64,000 nucleotides of DNA from Actinomycetota bacterium (GTDB lineage: Bacteria; Actinomycetota; Geothermincolia; Fen-727; Anoxymicrobiaceae), in assembly GCA_043807425.1 (NCBI GenBank), contig JAZDFZ010000067.1, forward strand, positions 12,545 through 76,544. Direction: 5' to 3'. Under the pieces are notes generated by a model. That model saw only the letters and a program-made list of their open reading frames with translations. It was not told where the DNA came from and made no database searches. Shown in pieces: positions 62,357-64,000 of this stretch (position 1 is its first letter; every line of letters starts with the position of its first letter). The translations under genes and the position numbers were made by a program.

Positions 62357-62622
62357 GCTACTTCTCCTTCGTACGCTCTTAATGCCTGTCCCTCTCTCAG
62401 GCTCGATTGTAGGGCCGGTTCCTGAGCGTAGACTGAGAAAAGCAATAGAAATCGATACTCAGCCGATTCTCAGGCGGCGGCTCTAGAAGTAGATCGAAGG
62501 ACCTCACAGCCATTCGCGGAACATGACAGCGTCTCGCACTGTCATACTATTGGGAACTCTGAGAGGAATACCCGATTCCTCCCTTCCCCTCGAGGGGGGA
62601 GGGTTGGGGTGGGGGTGTAACG

Positions 62623-63303
62623 ATGAGGATACTGGTAATAGAGGACGACAGGAAGATAGCGAAGGCCGTCAAGAAGGGGCTGGAGCAGGAGTCGTTCGCG
62701 GTCGACATCGCGCTGGACTTCGACGAGTGGTTGGGCCTGGCCGTGACACAGGAGTACGACCTGCTGATAATCGACCGCATGCTGCCGGGATCCCGCGACG
62801 GAATGGACGTCTGCCGCGAGGTCCGCTCTCGCGAGATGGCGGTCCCGGTGCTCTTCCTGACCGCCAGGGACAAGGTAGCCGACCGCGTGCAGGGCCTCAA
62901 CGTGGGCGGGGACGACTACCTGGTCAAGCCGTTCGCCTTCGAGGAGCTGCTGGCCAGGGTCAGGGCACTGCTGCGCCGCCCGCGGGGCACGGTGGGAGAG
63001 ACACTCCGGGTCGCGGACCTGACGCTGGACACCGGCACCTTCGAGGCCGAGCGCGCCGGCAGCCGGATACCCCTGTCCCGGACCGAGTACGCATTGCTCG
63101 AGTACCTGATGCGCAACCAGGATATAGTGCTGAGCAGGGAGAGCATAATCGCGCACGTCTGGGACTACGACGCCGACGTCCTGCCGAACACGGTCGAGGT
63201 CTACATAGGGTACCTTCGCAGCAAGGTGGACAAGCCCTTTGAGGGCCCCGAGCTCATCCACACGGTGCGGGGCTTCGGCTACAGGGTAGGTGAGAAGGCG
63301 TGA
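62623..63303 (+). CDS. OmpR-family response regulator
   Basis: Receiver MRILVIEDD...DLLIIDRMLPG...K and winged-helix output (EYALLEYLMRNQDIVLSRESIIAHVWD...VEVYIGYLRSKV). GGGGGTG SD. Confidence 0.85.
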   Translation: MRILVIEDDRKIAKAVKKGLEQESFAVDIALDFDEWLGLAVTQEYDLLIIDRMLPGSRDGMDVCREVRSREMAVPVLFLTARDKVADRVQGLNVGGDDYLVKPFAFEELLARVRALLRRPRGTVGETLRVADLTLDTGTFEAERAGSRIPLSRTEYALLEYLMRNQDIVLSRESIIAHVWDYDADVLPNTVEVYIGYLRSKVDKPFEGPELIHTVRGFGYRVGEKA

Positions 63304-64000
63304 ACCTCAGGCGGACCCTCGTGAAGCTGACCCTTGGGTACCTGGCGCTGATCATGCTGGTCAGCGGGTTCCTGAGCTACGCCGTTTACCGCGTGAGCTC
63401 GGGTCCGCTGGAGCGCAGGCTCGAAGTGGGCGAGCGCATACTGATAATAGAACCGCCGCCCCCGGAGTTCCCGCGACGCTTCGATCCTGGAGCTGTGCAC
63501 GAGGTCAAGCGGAACATCGGGCTCTCGCTCGTCTACTTCAACATCGCGGTCCTGTTCCTGGCCGGCATCCTCTCCTACTGGCTGGCGAAGAGCCAGCTGA
63601 GCCCGATGCAGGAGGCGTTCGACCTGCAGAGCCGGTTCACTTCCGACGCGGCCCACGAGCTGCGCACCCCCTTGACCGCCATGCGTACCGAGATAGAGGT
63701 CGCGCTCAGGGGTGGTGAGCTGTCGCCGGACGAGGTGCGCGAGCTCATGGAGAGCAACATCGAGGAGATCGGCAAGCTCGAGTCCCTTTCGAACAGCCTT
63801 CTCAAGCTGGCCCAGTACGAGGAGGCGACCGGGGCCGTCCTGGGAAGCGTATCGCTGAATGACGTGGTCGAAGCGGCGCTGGAGCGAGTCGACCACTCGG
63901 CGCAGTCGGCGGGCATCACAGTCGAAACCGGCGGCGAGGATATCGAGATCCCCGGTGACCGTGCGAGCCTCGTCGAGCTGCTGGTCATACTTCTCGACAA
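63300..64000 (+). CDS. sensor histidine kinase, 5' part (continues beyond the window)
   Basis: GTG 63300 overlaps the RR stop (GTGA). Two TM helices. H-box AAHELRTPLTAMRTE. No stop before the window end, so it is absent from the ORF track. Confidence 0.7.
   Translation, partial: MNLRRTLVKLTLGYLALIMLVSGFLSYAVYRVSSGPLERRLEVGERILIIEPPPPEFPRRFDPGAVHEVKRNIGLSLVYFNIAVLFLAGILSYWLAKSQLSPMQEAFDLQSRFTSDAAHELRTPLTAMRTEIEVALRGGELSPDEVRELMESNIEEIGKLESLSNSLLKLAQYEEATGAVLGSVSLNDVVEAALERVDHSAQSAGITVETGGEDIEIPGDRASLVELLVILLD

Noticed and set aside
1-64000. tRNA, rRNA, riboswitch or CRISPR features
   Set aside because: Intergenic regions were inspected for cloverleaf-like or known riboswitch cores and none was recognised. 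Without a covariance-model search (tRNAscan-SE, Infernal/Rfam), small ncRNAs cannot be excluded.

Overview
This 64-kb window is a gene-dense, high-GC (about 65 %) bacterial chromosomal segment; about 55 protein-coding genes are called, with frequent GTG/TTG starts and strong GGAGG-type Shine-Dalgarno (SD) sites. No rRNA, tRNA or CRISPR array was recognised. The gene content points to an anaerobic lifestyle: a tungsten-type aldehyde:ferredoxin oxidoreductase (AOR), a glycyl-radical enzyme (GRE), a radical-SAM anaerobic sulfatase-maturating enzyme (anSME) and several ferredoxin-like proteins. Main blocks, left to right:
- An AOR / FixC-like flavoprotein / APC permease operon.
- An ECF-like sigma factor, a Cys-type sulfatase, a DJ-1/PfpI protein and a thiolase.
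- An S9 peptidase lipoprotein and an AI-2E transporter.
- A Phd/Doc-type toxin-antitoxin pair.
- A zur-znuACB zinc regulon with Fur-type boxes.
- An alpha/beta hydrolase, and a flavoprotein with a 2[4Fe-4S] ferredoxin and a TetR regulator.
- A membrane HExxH protease placed divergently to a C45/Ntn hydrolase lipoprotein.
- A trehalose locus: a trehalose-6-phosphate synthase/phosphatase fusion (TPS-TPP) plus a TreT-like GT4 glycosyltransferase.
- A 1627-aa secreted beta-helix/IPT protein with four novel C-terminal tandem repeats.
- An oleate hydratase with its TetR regulator.
- The anSME (with a C-terminal SEC-C motif), an M1 aminopeptidase lipoprotein and a second AI-2E transporter.
- A RAYT-type Y1 transposase locus flanked by unusual repeats.
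- An HtrA-like protease coupled to an Fe-S protein.
- Two OmpR-type two-component systems.
- A large membrane-domain/GT2 glycosyltransferase fusion.
- An orphan GRE placed divergently to a CrtI-like flavoprotein.
- A Zn-dependent alcohol dehydrogenase (ADH) translationally coupled to a DUF362 Fe-S protein, and an MBL-type alkylsulfatase.
Non-coding structure stands out:
- Two copies of a ~110-160 bp MITE-like palindromic element sit exactly at the 3' ends of genes.
- Several palindromic terminators share a conserved core.
- A 91-bp perfect hairpin fills one convergent intergenic gap.
All calls rest on motif-level reading of the translated ORFs and the DNA. No database searches were run.
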